The position numbers and the translations under genes are program-made. Under the pieces are notes generated by a model. That model made no database searches. It was not told the DNA's origin and was given only the letters and a program-made list of their open reading frames with translations. Below are positions 63,064-64,000 of a stretch of 64,000 bases of DNA, in pieces. Each line of letters opens with the position of its first letter. The stretch's first letter is position 1. Source of the DNA: an uncultured Actinomycetes bacterium (lineage in GTDB: Bacteria > SZUA-79 > Acidulodesulfobacterales > Acidulodesulfobacteraceae); assembly GCA_964631685.1 (NCBI GenBank), contig CAZVZU010000002.1:64001-128000 (forward strand), read 5' to 3'.

Positions 63064-64000
63064 TTACGTATTAGAAGATACAAACTTAGGCATATTGTTA
63101 ATAAAATCTTCGGTCTTTGAGACCATCTCTACTATTACCTCTTTTACAGTTTTTTCCTCTTTTATGAGACCGGCAATCTGACCGCTCATAAAAGAGCCTG
63201 TTTCAGTATTTCCATCCACCGAAGCGGCTTTTAATCTTCCAACGCCAAGCTTCTCATATTCAGAAACGGGTGAACATTTACCCTCTAATTCTATAAACAT
63301 TTTAGCGAGTCTGTTTTTTAAAACCCTAACGGGATGTCCCGTCGGCCTTCCCGTAACAACAGTATCTCTATCAGATGCTTTTATTACCATAGCCTTCCAG
63401 TTTTGATGCACACAACACTCTTTAGTTGCAAGAAATCTCGTTCCCATCTGGATACCACTTGCACCTAAACACAAAGCGGCTGCAAACCCTCTATAATCAG
63501 CAATACCACCCGCCGCTACGACGGGAATCCCTACATTATCAACTACCTGCGGAACAATTGCCATAGTAGTAATCTCTCCAATATGCCCCCCGGATTCAGT
63601 ACCCTCGGCAATCAAGGCATCCGCCCCTGCCTTCTCCATCCTTTTCGCCAATGCCACCGACGGTATAACAGGTATCACCTTTATACCCGCATCGTGAAAT
63701 CTTTTTATGTAATGTCCGGCATTACCGGCGCCCGTAGTGACAACCGGGACACCCTCTTGTATAACAGCATCTACAAGCTCGTCAATATAATCTAAATATA
63801 ATATAAGATTTACACCAAAAGGCTTATCGGTATTTTCCTTAGCCTTTCTAATTTCTTGCACAAGTAATTCAGGCGGCATCTGTCCTGCGCCTATTATGCC
63901 TAAACCGCCAGCATTAGAAACTGCGCTTGCAAGAACATAATTAGATGCCCACGCCATTCCACCCTGAAAAATGGGATACTTTATCCCAAGTTTGTCACAA
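63064..64000 (-). CDS. fabK: Enoyl-ACP reductase II (5' end beyond the window)
   Basis: Frame stays open to the edge (...CDKLGIKYPIFQGGMAW); EGTESGGHIG, AAGGI, QMGTRF. Confidence 0.88.
   Translation of the reverse strand, partial: CDKLGIKYPIFQGGMAWASNYVLASAVSNAGGLGIIGAGQMPPELLVQEIRKAKENTDKPFGVNLILYLDYIDELVDAVIQEGVPVVTTGAGNAGHYIKRFHDAGIKVIPVIPSVALAKRMEKAGADALIAEGTESGGHIGEITTMAIVPQVVDNVGIPVVAAGGIADYRGFAAALCLGASGIQMGTRFLATKECCVHQNWKAMVIKASDRDTVVTGRPTGHPVRVLKNRLAKMFIELEGKCSPVSEYEKLGVGRLKAASVDGNTETGSFMSGQIAGLIKEEKTVKEVIVEMVSKTEDFINNMPKFVSSNT

Noticed and set aside
141..63795. Many short opposite-strand or alternative-frame ORFs in the ORF track (e.g. 24177-24782, 21935-22471, 33780-34088)
   Set aside because: Shadows of well-conserved genes, with no recognisable motifs.
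1..64000. CRISPR arrays, IS elements, rRNA, FMN riboswitch before the rib genes
   Set aside because: No spaced repeats, transposases or rRNA-like segments were seen; spacers around the rib genes are too short for a riboswitch.

Overview
AT-rich bacterial core-genome region with a deltaproteobacteria-like gene order (taxonomic placement is inference only). Almost all genes are on the minus strand. 1-33 kb: ribosomal/transcription supercluster (tRNA-His; tRNA-Thr-Tyr-Gly-Thr; tuf-rpmG-tRNA-Trp-secE-nusG-rplK-rplA-rplJ-rplL-rpoB-rpoC; str, S10, spc and alpha operons to a partial rpoA). rpmD is absent from its usual slot, and the two tuf copies lie in an apparently exact 1274-bp direct repeat that includes the fusA tail. 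33-40 kb: pentose phosphate cluster (tal-tkt converging on gnd-cyclase-zwf). 40-52 kb: SPFH/NfeD, uracil-DNA glycosylase, IorAB, MetV plus a degenerate MetF, HtrA, a dehydratase-like protein, GlcDF. 52-64 kb: rdgB, rph, nusB, rib genes, nrdR, glyA, rpiB, fab genes. The top finding is a gene missing from the ORF track, between nusB and rph (52920-53180, minus). It encodes an 86-aa TusA/SirA-family sulfur carrier whose catalytic Cys codon is an in-frame TGA in a vicinal Cys-Sec motif (LDIRGLC-U-GPP), followed by an E. coli fdhF-like SECIS hairpin, so it is a probable selenoprotein. No mobile elements, CRISPR arrays or rRNA were seen.
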